Source: Octopus sinensis
Taxonomy: Eukaryota
DNA: 64,000 nt
Reading direction: 5' to 3'
Assembly (NCBI RefSeq): GCF_006345805.1
Contig: NC_042997.1
Span: 169,446,001 to 169,510,000 of the forward strand
Below the pieces are notes generated by a model, which searched no databases, was not told where the DNA came from, and saw only the letters and a program-made list of their open reading frames with translations. This document shows, one piece after another, positions 52,011 through 63,249 of this stretch. Numbering within the stretch: position 1 is the first letter of the stretch; every line of letters begins with the position of its first letter. A program made the translations under genes and the position numbers.

Positions 52011-52126
52011 ATGAAAATGTCAATCCAAGATCGTATAGCTCTTATTTACTACAACTATGGATTATTTTGTGCTAGTCATTCTTACTCAATTATTGGCTCA
52101 GTTTTATTTATTGTGATAATAGCATG
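52011..52126 (+). CDS. SCAP: SCAP coding exon 1 (N-terminus, TM1): MKMSIQDRIALIYYNYGLFCASHSYSIIGSVLFIVIIAC
   Basis: ATG at 52011 (alternative ATG 52017), with an in-frame TAG upstream at 51972-51974. Peptide matches the vertebrate SCAP start ([20 protein letters not shown]). Acceptor tttcag ends at 51876; donor TG|gtaagt at 52127 (phase 2). Confidence 0.95.
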
Positions 52127-53086
52127 GTAAGTAATATTAGTAATTTTTTTCCCCATTATTTAAACTATTAATGTGTTTGTGTGTGTTAATATATAAAACA
52201 GTTTGTGTGTGTGCATATGTTCCTTATGAATTTGAAAACTGAGTTGCTGATTTTGACATATGAGGTATCAAAAGATTCAGTAATTTTTTGGCTACCGAAT
52301 AAAGTATGTTTCTAGCACAATTCATTTTTAACTACAGGAATAACCTCAAAAATAAGGTCAGATTGCACAATTTAGATGTCTTTATCTAAGGGAGGCAACT
52401 CTGCTTGAACAATCTTTGTTTTAGAGCATAATGAGAAAATGTTTAAAATATATGGAGTTTTACCAGGGAATGAAACTTCAAAGATATACTGTCAACTTTA
52501 TTAATATTATTTAGTAGATAATCTTTTAATGTGAAGTATGTTTGTGTTTTGTTTAGCCCAGAGTTGTCTCTGTTGTAGCAGACCCTTCACATCCTTTTTT
52601 TTCTTCTTGAAATATTGTAAATCTGTGCTTTCTTTTGATGAAAGGGTGTATTTTAAGAGAGATTTGCCTGCCATTTGTAGTAGCTTAAGTTAACTTTGTG
52701 TATATCTGTGTGTTTTGCTGTGGTGAAAATAATTTTTTTTTTCCTGAGAATATTTTCCAAAATAATTTTTAAAGAAATCTGGACATCTTTCTTACTGCTC
52801 AACTTTATATTACAATTGTTAATTGTTGGAAGTCAAATAGACATATAGTGTCATCATATAGAGTGGAAGCTCAATACTAAGTTTTGAATTCATTATCTTG
52901 TAGTTAGTAATCTATTACCTTAAATTTGAAGTCATTAAGTCTTTAAACATTATTTTACTGAGTTAAGTCTTTCGACTGTCGCCATGATGGAGTATCACCT
53001 TCAAAAATTTTATTGATCATATTAACCTCAGTATGTATTTCAATCTGGCATTTATTTTATAGATCTCTGCTTGATATATATTTCAG

Positions 53087-53234
53087 TTATCCATTGACCA
53101 AAGTGCCTCTTCCTGGAAATGCTCCACTAGAATATACTATCCCAATTCAGAACTTCCTGGAACAGAGGCAAATGACCTCTCATGGAAAAGATTATAGTTT
53201 ACATGGAAAAGATCTAAAAGTACCACCACGATGG
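53087..53234 (+). CDS. SCAP: SCAP coding exon 2 (start of luminal loop 1): YPLTKVPLPGNAPLEYTIPIQNF...KVPPRW
   Basis: tttcag| acceptor and TGG|gtaatt donor; phase 2 in, 0 out. Matches SCAP [21 protein letters not shown]...PEW. Confidence 0.96.
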
Positions 53235-53506
53235 GTAATTTCTTTTTTGTTACTAATTGAATGTTTTCCATTTTTTATTATTTATATTTATCTTGTTTTT
53301 AATATTTTTCATAATTTTTTCATTGTTAGCTTATTCTGTGCATTTCAGCAAATTTGTTTTCATAAAGTAACTTCATGCTTGTATGAGTTTTAGATTTCCC
53401 CCCACAGTGAAGAAATCTGCCTCATAACCACATGATTCTGACTTTAATTCCACTACATATTGCCTAGGACAAGTACCTTCTCACATACTCTTGGGTCAGT
53501 CCAAGC

Positions 53507-53863
53507 TGTATGAGTGAAATTTGGTAGATATTGTGTGGACACTTGTTAAATATTACCATTCTGACCCTTACTTTCCTTTAGCTGGCATCTATCGCAAGCA
53601 TTAAAAGAGTGTCTGATTTGTGAGAAAAAAATAAGCACACTTCTGCTTTTCTTCTAACTCTACCTCTTATTTCAAAGGCCTTGTATGAGTGAAATTTGGT
53701 AGATATTGTGTGGACACTTGTTAAATTTACCATCTGACCCTTACTTTCCTTTAGCTGAGCATTCTATCGCAAGCATTAAAAGTAGTTGTCTGATTTGTGG
53801 AAAAAAATAAGCACTACTTCCTGCTTTTCTTCTAACTCTACCTCTTATTTCAAAGGCCTTGTA
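53507..53863 (+). repeat. Tandem duplication of 175/178 bp in SCAP intron 2
   Basis: Copies differ by 9 single-base indels and 0 substitutions; tgta occurs at all three junctions. Confidence 0.95.
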
Positions 53864-54810
53864 AATCATCTTGGGTGAGGCCCTTCATACTCTGACATGA
53901 AAAAAAAAATAACAATCCCTGTCTTTCCATGACTAGTTTATACACAGAAACCCTCAAAACTGAAATATTTAAATTACACTCAAGAGTTCTTCTGATTCAC
54001 TGAGTTTTTATTATTTGATGCAATAATAAATCTTTTCCCTGTTTTACATTGTTTTGAAACAATGGTAGTGACCATAAGATCATTACTTTGAATCCTACTA
54101 ATACAGCAATTGTAGTGTTTCCTTGGGGAACCTCATAATTATGCTTGCTTTGGTGTATCTACTTGTACTAGATAGAAGAAGAAAAGACATTCAGTTATCC
54201 AAACATTGTACATATGTACAAATTTTCAAAAAAAACTATGTACACATACTAGTATGGAACCAGTCTAGAGCAAAAAATAGTAATAAATAACACTAGCTTT
54301 TTTTTTCCAGACATTTTACTGTTATATCAAGATAATTATATAAGAATTGTTGAAGGTCGATAGCATATATGTGGGAAAGCGATATTGGGAATAAAAATTT
54401 GCTTGAGTGAGTAATTCTAGGTAAAGGATTGGTGAAAACTTTATACTGAGTCAGCAAAGTGAAATGTTTAATAATGACGAAGAGGTGACTATAATGAAAA
54501 TGTGTGTACTTATAGAGAAAACATAAATAAGAAAATAACAAAACTGTGTTGCAATAGGACAGTGGGTAACTTTGACTGCTAGCCCTTTGTCAAGCAACTT
54601 TCTTCAATACTTGTCTTACATTTGATTACAGTGGTTAGTCATTTACTTCTATAATTCCTGTTAAGTTTAAGTGTCTACTTCCTAAGGTAGGAGATAAGCA
54701 TTTTCAAATTTTATTTTCCTTATCTTATAAATCTGGCCTCTTAAAAAAATACAATTAATTATACTTTCAAAATTAAAGTAAAACCAAAGTTTTGATCTCT
54801 TATTTTTCAG

Positions 54811-54971
54811 TATACTGGTTCACCTTTTGGATATGTACAACAAATTCTTTTTAAAGGAACTGTAAAACCTTGGTTCCCAAAGAAAATGATACCAAATGAT
54901 GCTTTTCGAGGACCCCTAAGTAAAGTGTTTGATGTCGTAGAAGAGTTAAATTTATTCAAATACTCTCACAA
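54811..54971 (+). CDS. SCAP: SCAP coding exon 3: YTGSPFGYVQQILFKGTVKPW...AFRGPLSKVFDVVEEL
   Basis: tttttcag| acceptor and AA|gtaagt donor. Matches SCAP YVGAPVAYVQQIFVK...FRSPLSRAFQLVEEI. Confidence 0.97.
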
Positions 54972-55924
54972 GTAAGTGTAATCTTATATATATATATACT
55001 GTGCATTTCCTTTTACATTTATTTATGATGTTTGTCCATTAGTCAGAAAGAATACTCATTTGCCACAATAATTCATATATCCTTTTTTGAAACCCAAAGT
55101 TTATTGGGTCAGTATTTATTTCTTGCTTTGGACAGTAAAATAAGGCATAAATCTGTTCCATACTTTGGATAAGTTATTAGTTGTTTTGCAAGCAAATGTC
55201 TTGAGAAGATTTAGAAACCATTTTGCAGTAGCTGCAGCCAGTCAAATTAAATATCCTGAGAAAGGGAACAAAAAGCACAAAGATGGAAATGAACTGGGAA
55301 CCCAAGAGCTGATCATCTGATTTATTATCTAATTCCATATTTCTTTAGAGCTTTCAACTAAACTATTGTGTAATATAATAATCATAGTTACTTGTTTATA
55401 TTTGTAATTATCAGAAAAGTTACAGATAGGCAAATTGATACTGTGGTGGACTAACTACTAGCCAAAGAATTAATAGTTGGTACCTGACAGCCTACTTTTT
55501 GGAGACACCGTTGTAAGACCAAGAGATACCTGTAATTAGTGAGTGTTTGGATATTTTGAAATGCTGATTTTGTGTCTTCTTAAGGCCTTAAGAAGGTAAC
55601 AGGATGTTATTATGTACTACATAGTATAAGATTAGAATCTCCAAACGCTTTGATATAGATTCAGGTTCTGGTTCTGATAATAATCTAGCCTAACATGTGG
55701 TAATAACTAAGTGGAGTATAGTTTCTATTCCTATATGTTAGTAGTTATGATGGGAAAACATATTTGAAGAAAATGTTCCAGAGACATTTAATTCAGGAGA
55801 AGTACTAGACAAAGTATGGGTCAGTAAATAGTAGAATCATGTTCATAAGCTTCATACAGGTGGTATAAAGTCTGCAAGTTCTGAAGATAAGACCATTGTA
55901 ATAAAAAAAAATTGTTTTTTATAA

Positions 55925-56068
55925 CAATTGCAGCGTGGAAGGTGTTTATAAGCCATTTAAGAAACACACAAAAGCCGTTAGATTCACTTCAACATTTAAA
56001 TTTAATTTGTCAAAATATTTTCGTCGCTTTGAGACTGCGACCTGTTCACTGACAAAACTCCATGCTCC
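55925..56068 (-). mobile_element. 144-bp insertion with 11-bp TSD carrying a minimal hammerhead motif (Penelope-like terminal fragment or retrozyme-like monomer)
   Basis: Exact direct repeat GTTTTTTATAA at 55914-55924 and 56069-56079. CpG-rich inside a CpG-poor intron, and contains the hammerhead listed next. Confidence 0.7.
56006..56056 (-). ncRNA. Minimal type I hammerhead ribozyme, G3-C8 core variant
   Basis: Minus strand reads TTTGTCA-GTGAACA-G-GTCGC-agtctcaaa-GCGAC-GAA-AATATT-T-TGACAAA: 7-bp stem I, 5-bp stem II, palindromic stem III, UUU triplet. Confidence 0.7.
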
Positions 56069-56243
56069 GTTTTTTATAATTATTCATAAATTTGTATATT
56101 TTTTTTAATGAAATATCAAATATTTTTTATAACTTTGAAAAAAAAGCCATTACTGTCTTATAGAAATTATGTATTCAGTATTCTCAGTGATAACTATGAT
56201 GTTGGCAATTCTTTGATTTCTGTTTCTTTATTCTTTTTTATAG

Positions 56244-56381
56244 TGGCACAGACTTTAGTTTGCCTGATCTTTGTCTTCATATTTCTGAACCCGTTACTTC
56301 AAAGTCATTGTATCAATACTTGCCATCTTTCTCTTGCCTAATTCTATCTCCTGCCAATTTGTGGAATTCAGATAGTAACCA
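56244..56381 (+). CDS. SCAP: SCAP coding exon 4: GTDFSLPDLCLHISEP...LPSFSCLILSPANLWNSD
   Basis: ttttttatag| acceptor and CA|gtaagt donor. Matches SLEELCLQV...LPEHGCLLLSPGNFW, with both loop-1 cysteines present. Confidence 0.95.
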
Positions 56382-57260
56382 GTAAGTAACAACTTCTCAA
56401 TCATGTAACTATTATTTACGATATGTGTGTGTGTGATGTGTTTGTTGGTTGTTTTGTCTGTATTTTGGACTAAGATTATTTTTTGTGCATCCCCTTCAAA
56501 GGCATTGATCAAAGGCATTACCCTGAGACATTCAATGCCTGATTACTAGATTGGAAGGTGGAAACTACATAGACTCCAGTTACGTGCATGTGTGTGTAAT
56601 TGTGTGTGCATGTATACACTTGTGTCTGAATACTTAGATTCTGCATCTTCACATGGAACATCTTGAGCCAAAACAGTGGTGTTATATTGACTTTCCTTGT
56701 TAACAAATTGTTTTGTTGCTCTATACTTTCAAAGACATGTAGAAGAAAAAATCCCTTGCCTGAAAACAAGTAAGGGTTAACAAAAGAAAGCATTCAGATA
56801 ATTTTTATCTGTTGTTTTACCTTGGTGTGTGGCAGAATGTTGTACTGTATATGCTTATATTTTCTTTCATTTACTAATTTTATACATATTCTCACAAGAT
56901 GACACCAAAAAATGCTAGTAGATAGTGAAATGATTAAAAAGAAGCATGAAATTCCAAATGAAGTTTTGTGACAATAAATCTGCTTTTTTTACAAAGCTGA
57001 TCCTAACTTCTACTACTAAATACTATTGATCAACAAACTGAATAATTCCTTCATTTAGTGCAATCTAAAATGTTGAGATTCAAACTATAATAGTGTTTTT
57101 TTACTTTGAATACAAAAAAAATTTCAATAAGGAATCGTTCTCACATTTTTCCTTGTTTTTTTTTTTGTTTTTTTTCTGCTGTAATTTTTTCACACTGCTC
57201 CATGATTGATAATGTAAACGTGTTTACTAATGTGAATAATTTGTTGCATTTATTTTAAAG

Positions 57261-57340
57261 GTTTAAATCTGATGACAAGTTTATAAAAACTGTTACACAA
57301 AAGTTTGGGCAACCATTAGACACTCCTCCGACTATTCAAG
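57261..57340 (+). CDS. SCAP: SCAP coding exon 5: FKSDDKFIKTVTQKFGQPLDTPPTIQ
   Basis: ttttaaag| acceptor and G|gtgagc donor. Phases (2 in, 1 out) join exons 4 and 6; aligns to FHADPDIIGTI...TSATLK. Confidence 0.88.
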
Positions 57341-59264
57341 GTGAGCATTTTTAGCATGTCGCTAATTAAAGCATTTGATTAATTTCATGGAGTTGAGAGT
57401 AAATAACAGCACAATTGAGTTAGCTTAAAATAAAATATTTCTAACAAGGAATATAATAAACAATTTACATGTTGGAACAGATGATGGCTGTCTGCTTATT
57501 CCAAAGAAACTTTTGTCATTTTATCTTGAAAGACATCATGTGTACATCTGTATTTCTATGAATTATATATAATTTAAACATTGTGTGAGAGATAATAGCA
57601 ATTCAATAAATTACTGGATTTAGTCTATCCTTGAAATTAGATAAAGCTTTAACTGAAAGAAAACATCACTGGAAACCAAATGTCCTCTTTGAATAGTGTC
57701 TTTGAAGACTCTATTCAGAGAAGCAATACACATTTGATGTTTGGTATCTTGTAAGTGATGTCTGTATATGGGAGGTTAAGAAGGAGTAAAGGTTGGTATC
57801 ATATGTATAGAAGTATGTGTTGTTTGTTGTAACAATGATAACCATTGATTTATGACTAGAAGAGTAAAGTAACACAAATATTTCCTAACCATGCAATATG
57901 CTAAAGCTGATAGATTTTGTTTCAAGTGAACTCCATGTGTACTATAATGAGCAATTTTAAAAGCTTTTGCCAAATTGAGACAGACATAGTGCAAAAGTGA
58001 ACAATTTAACTTGGAGATTTGCAAGTTAGACACAGTTGAAGGACAACAATATTTCTTTTTTCTTCTATTATCTCAAGAGCAAGATTCTACAGATGCACAA
58101 TGTATAATGAGAAGTTATCTCACTAGAAGTATAGATTTGTGATTTGACCTTTGATACAAAGCCAGACTATATTATCCATGTTGATTCTGTCCTGGACTAA
58201 CTTTGATAAATCTCCTTCAACCATTTTCAAGACTTCATTTTACGTTGGATCTTTCTTTTTATGATAGCTGATGGGGATAGATCTGCGCTAGTCAGTGTAG
58301 TTAACATCTTCCTTTACAACCCCATTAACTAAGAAAGTAATTAGCAGATGGCCTACTTCTTTCATCTCATTTACTTTCTCTGATGGATTGGATGCCTTCC
58401 TTGTTTTAAGTTTTTTAAATCTTCATCTTTATTTAACATCCACCTCCCATGCTATCATGGACAGTTCAATAGGATCCGACAAACCAGAGGATTGCATTGA
58501 GCTCCAATGTCTATTTTGGTATGGCTTCTACAGCTGGATGACCTGCCTAATGCCAACCACTTACTGAATGTATTGGGTGCTTTTTATGTGACATCAACAT
58601 TTGTGAAGATCATCATAACTTGCAAGGCTTATGGCCTAAAGTAGGCCTCTATAACTAAGGGAGAATAGAGAGTGAGATAGTGTGTATGTACAATAATTCT
58701 AGGCAGGATGATGAGGTAGGGTCAGATGAACAGAACATTTATTGTTGGAATTAGGTAGTAATGGATAGTAATATAGTAGGCACTAATTGGAGGATGGAAT
58801 ATGGCAAGGAAAAGGGAAAAGATCAGTGTTGGGTTATTGAAAAGGAGAGGCAGAGTGAAAAAGTGATAAGGCAGGTTGTTACAAAGAGCATAGAGCTATC
58901 CTACAGTCGTAGTTTTTGAAAAAATAATAAGTTCGTCTCACTGGGAATGATATTGAAAAGGAATGGCAATCAAAAATTGATATTAATATTGTTTTGTGTA
59001 TAAACACTTATTGATTTTTGTTGTTCGTGTTTTTTTTTTTACACGATAAATGGCAATGAAATATTAAAGTTACTTCCAAATTAGATGGGCTTTTGAGAAA
59101 AAGTGTTTGCTATCATAACTAAACTGCTTTCATGTTGTAGCTCTATGAAATCTGAGTTGATGATGTTGCATTAAAAAAACAACTATAGGGACTAATATAA
59201 ATATGAAGACAATTTTTATTTGCATTCTGACTACTAAATATTGTTGCTTATCCATAACTTATAG

Positions 59265-59379
59265 ATATACTCTTTGGAGTTCCTTGGAAAGAAACTGGTG
59301 TAAAAAGGTTTTATATCCGCAACCGACAGAGAATAATATCTTTTGCTGTTACCATCATCTTCAAATCATACAATCAAAA
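59265..59379 (+). CDS. SCAP: SCAP coding exon 6: DILFGVPWKETGV...RQRIISFAVTIIFKSYNQK
   Basis: cttatag| acceptor and AA|gtaaga donor. Matches DLLFGVPGKYSGV...RKRMVSYTITLVFQHYHAK. Confidence 0.96.
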
Positions 59380-60883
59380 GTAAGATTTTGTTGGGGTTTT
59401 TTTCTTTTCATTATTACTTGTAATTTTAAAAATAAATGTACCCAAAAATGATTTGTTTCAAAATCTATTTTTATATTCTTTGAGTTACTATTGTATTATT
59501 TAGTTTCTTGAAACTACCTCTCCTTGTCATCACCTGGTATAAACTTACCTTTCTCTGTTGTGGGTCCTGCCTTGCAAGTTACTTGGTAACCTCACTAGAG
59601 CTGGTACCATATAAAAAGCACCCAGTACATTCTGAAATGATATTAGGAAGGGGATTTAGCTGTAGAGACCATGCCACCAGCATGGAAGATGAATGTTAAA
59701 TGATGATGAGATGGAGGGGGAAACCCATTTTTAAGGATTTTATTTTCGTTCAAACTTTGTTACTCTCATAAGTCTGATGTTTGTTTTAGCTAACTTATTC
59801 ATTACCCTTCATTAAAGTTTGTAACTTAGTGTTGTTGATGAGAGACCATACATTAATAAGTGACTTCTTTTTTGTCTTTAACCTATAATTAGACAATCTC
59901 ATTAGTTCCTAATGAAACTTGGAGAACTGTAATAAACAGGAAGGTACTGAGAATTGAGACCTAATGGGCACTTATCTGCATGCTAAATTCTTCACTGAAA
60001 TCATTACTAACTCTCACCTTGCTGAAAGCATCTATATGATGAATGGTGTAAATGAATGGCTCTTACATGTTGTCTATCTACACTAAGATTTCTTAGTGAA
60101 CACCAGACTACGAAGCATGTACCCTGTGAATGGTCTCTAAGTTTACAAGTACTTGGTGTAGTGAATTACTCTACGCTTAAACCTTTTCCTGTAGTTACCT
60201 CTCTAGAAAGACACCTTTGTGTTTTGACACAAAACCTAACTGCATTTCATATAAGTTAATTTCTTCGTAGTTTTTTATAACTTGGCTTATCAGTTTCATG
60301 CCTTTTAATCTCATCTAAGCTGATTATTTTCCTAATTATTTGAGCTGAGACTCTTTCTGTTACTTTCATAACTTGGCCCATGATTTGGGTTACTCCTGTA
60401 ATTGCTTCTTTTGAGAACATCTCTTCACATTGTCCTTTAATTCTACAGTGAGCATAACTAGTCAGTTCAATCTCTGGAATGCATATATATATATTTAAAG
60501 CTATTTAGTTACTTTAGACATATCAAATGTTGCTGTTAAGTACTATTTGGTTTACACCCAAAAGTTTTAGCAAGTCATATAAATAACCACAAAATATTCA
60601 GTTTTGAGCTTATTTAAAAAAAAAAATGAGTATGAATCAGAAATCAGCCAAAGAGGACTTGAGTTCCCTTTTGACTACTTTTCATGTATGTTATATATCT
60701 AAGTCACCTACTGTTTTAAATTTGTTACCTTATAAACATTGTGTTACAGAATATGAGGATGCATATTAAACCATCAACATAGGATTTAACTTAAAGCAAT
60801 TTTTAACTGCCAGACAATGAATATTTTGATATCCATAATGCATTCATTTGTATATATACGGTTTTTTTTCTTTTTCTTTATAG

Positions 60884-61065
60884 GTTCCATGAAAGTTTAA
60901 GACATAAGTTGGAAAAAACTTTACCTGGGCGTATCCATAATGCCAATAATTCAGCCATTAATCATATTGTCCATATTTATTTCAAAGATATCAACTATTT
61001 TGTTGAGTACACTCCACTAATGGTTACCTACTTGGTACTTCTTTTATATATATACTTTTCTGTCC
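60884..61065 (+). CDS. SCAP: SCAP coding exon 7 (end of loop 1, TM2 with YIYF motif)
   Basis: ttctttatag| acceptor and C|gtgagt donor. Encodes FHESLRHKL...HIVHIYFKD...PLMVTYLVLLLYIYFSV; YIYF is the sterol-sensing-domain motif of SCAP. Confidence 0.97.
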
Positions 61066-61719
61066 GTGAGTAATTTTATTCTTGTTTTATTACTTATTCT
61101 AATTGCATTAGGTCTTTCAATAATTTACTGTTACACTCCTATTGCTTATAATTGAGTTGTGTCTAAATTGCAATTAATTTGTTTAATATTCATCGTTTTG
61201 CCCTCTAGTGATAAATATCAGTTAAACCATGTTGTTATTGCAACCTTAGGATTTTCTGTCACTTGGTCTGCTAGTAAAAGAACATCAGATGCTCAGTAAC
61301 TGAAGCCAACTAATTTGTGTTTAATGATGAGAATTTATTTAGACCATAAGAAATGAGATTTTGGCAGCTGTCAATAATTAATTGAAAGTTTATTGGAAAT
61401 GTTCTATTATTTAAATCAGTGAATCATGCATTGTATGAATTTTGTTTATGTTCATGGAAGCAGTGATTTCTTCCTTCATAGTGGGAATACCTTTTTATCA
61501 GAAGGACCTGTTAACCCTTTTGATACCATATTTCTGTTAAAATACACTCCCTTTATTTCAGTTCATTTTGAAAAATTTAGTAAAATAACTTTTTCCTGCT
61601 GTTTAGAACATAAATTGGCATGAAATTTTGATGGAAGGTTTTAATTTAAATCACTTAATTTTTAATTGTATGTACATTTTTATTAGTCATTAACAATAAT
61701 AATTTTTTTTTTTTTAAAG

Positions 61720-61846
61720 GAAAAATCGAAATGGTGAAATCAAAATGGGGTCTCGCTCTAAGTGCTGTTGCTACAGTAATTGCATCCTTGTTAATGTCTG
61801 TTAGTATTTGTACAATGTTTGGATTGACAACAACGCTAAATGGAGG
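61720..61846 (+). CDS. SCAP: SCAP coding exon 8 (SSD, TM3): [43 protein letters not shown]
   Basis: tttttaaag| acceptor and GG|gtaagt donor. Near-identical to [35 protein letters not shown]. Confidence 0.98.
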
Positions 61847-62356
61847 GTAAGTTCTTTTTAATTTAAATATAATTTTTTTGTTCACATGGGTAGTTAATAC
61901 AAGGAAGATAATCATTTCTTAAAATTTGGCGAGATTAGAAGTATGAATTTAAATTGAGAATAAGGAAAAAGATGCATAGAATATACGTTTTATTTATTTT
62001 TGTTGCTTACTTACTGTGAAGTTCTTATTTTTAGTCAGTGGTAATCGTGCTTAGAACTATTTTATTCTTTTTAAAAATCATCAGTATATAACCTGTAAAT
62101 TCTTTTTTACTGTAAAACAAAATTTTGGTTGCATTTTTCTAATTACATATCATAAGCAAAATTTGGTTTTGCTTGAAGAATATAGGTTACTGTGAATTTA
62201 AAACATTGTTTTAACCTTAAGCCAGATTCATGAGTCAACATTCCACATCCATCAGTGCCACTCATTTCATAGCTGAAAAACATTTACTTTGAAATGTGTA
62301 AATGTACAAAACTCCTTATAGCCTGTTGCTTGATCTGATATAAATTTTTTTTTCAG

Positions 62357-62469
62357 TGAAATCTTCCCTTACCTTGTTGTCATTATTGGATTGGAAAATG
62401 TTCTCATTCTCACTAAATCTGTTGTGTCAACTCCAGTTCATTTAGAGGTTAAGTACAGAGTTGCTCAAG
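62357..62469 (+). CDS. SCAP: SCAP coding exon 9 (SSD, TM4): [38 protein letters not shown]
   Basis: tttttcag| acceptor and G|gtttgt donor. Near-identical to [42 protein letters not shown]. Confidence 0.98.
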
Positions 62470-63249
62470 GTTTGTTTCATTCATTTTGTTGTTGTACTAG
62501 CCCTAATTTACCATACCTATGATTAAAGTTAGTCCTAATTGAGCAGATCTTCTCAAACATACTCCAGTCATTACTATGCCTGTTTTTTTTTTCCTTATTT
62601 TTAAGTGCATCCAGAACTATATTATGCAGTGTGCACATCTGTTTTTATCATGGTAGGAGTCAAAAGAGATTTAGCTACTGTTTCTTGCAGCAGAACAACC
62701 ACAGAGAAGATCCCTTGTTATTTTTGTAGTTTGTTGTTTACCTCTAGACATTCCAACTGTGACGGTCCTATTTTTTTTATATACCAGAGATTACATTATA
62801 CAATAGGGTATGATTTAAAGATTTGGGCACTATTTCTAGCAAACTGACACAGAAGCTTTGGCTCTTTTTTCATGGTGCTCATGTGTCATTCTTGATATTG
62901 TATATTAAGGTGAAAATTGAACCCCTATTTTATTTTTTTAAATAACAGCAACAAAGAAAATTATTACTTTTTAATTGTATATTTTATTGTCTATAACAAC
63001 TATTATTTCACAATTTAAATCTGCTAACTGAATAAAAAATTTATTATGATAATTTGTGTCAAATTCTGCCTAGGTTGACTTTCCCTTTCATCCTCTCAGG
63101 GTTGATAGAATAAGTATCAGTTGAACACTGGGGTTGATGTAATTGACTTACCCCTCCTGCAATTTTGCTGGCCTTGTGCCAAAATTTGAAACAAATACAA
63201 TAATCTGTTATATCTATTTATTATTTATCAAATCAAAATCAAATTCAAT

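Noticed and set aside
53013-53393. 126-aa ORF as an independent CDS
   Set aside because: Only 53087-53234 is exonic (SCAP exon 2); the flanks are open intron.
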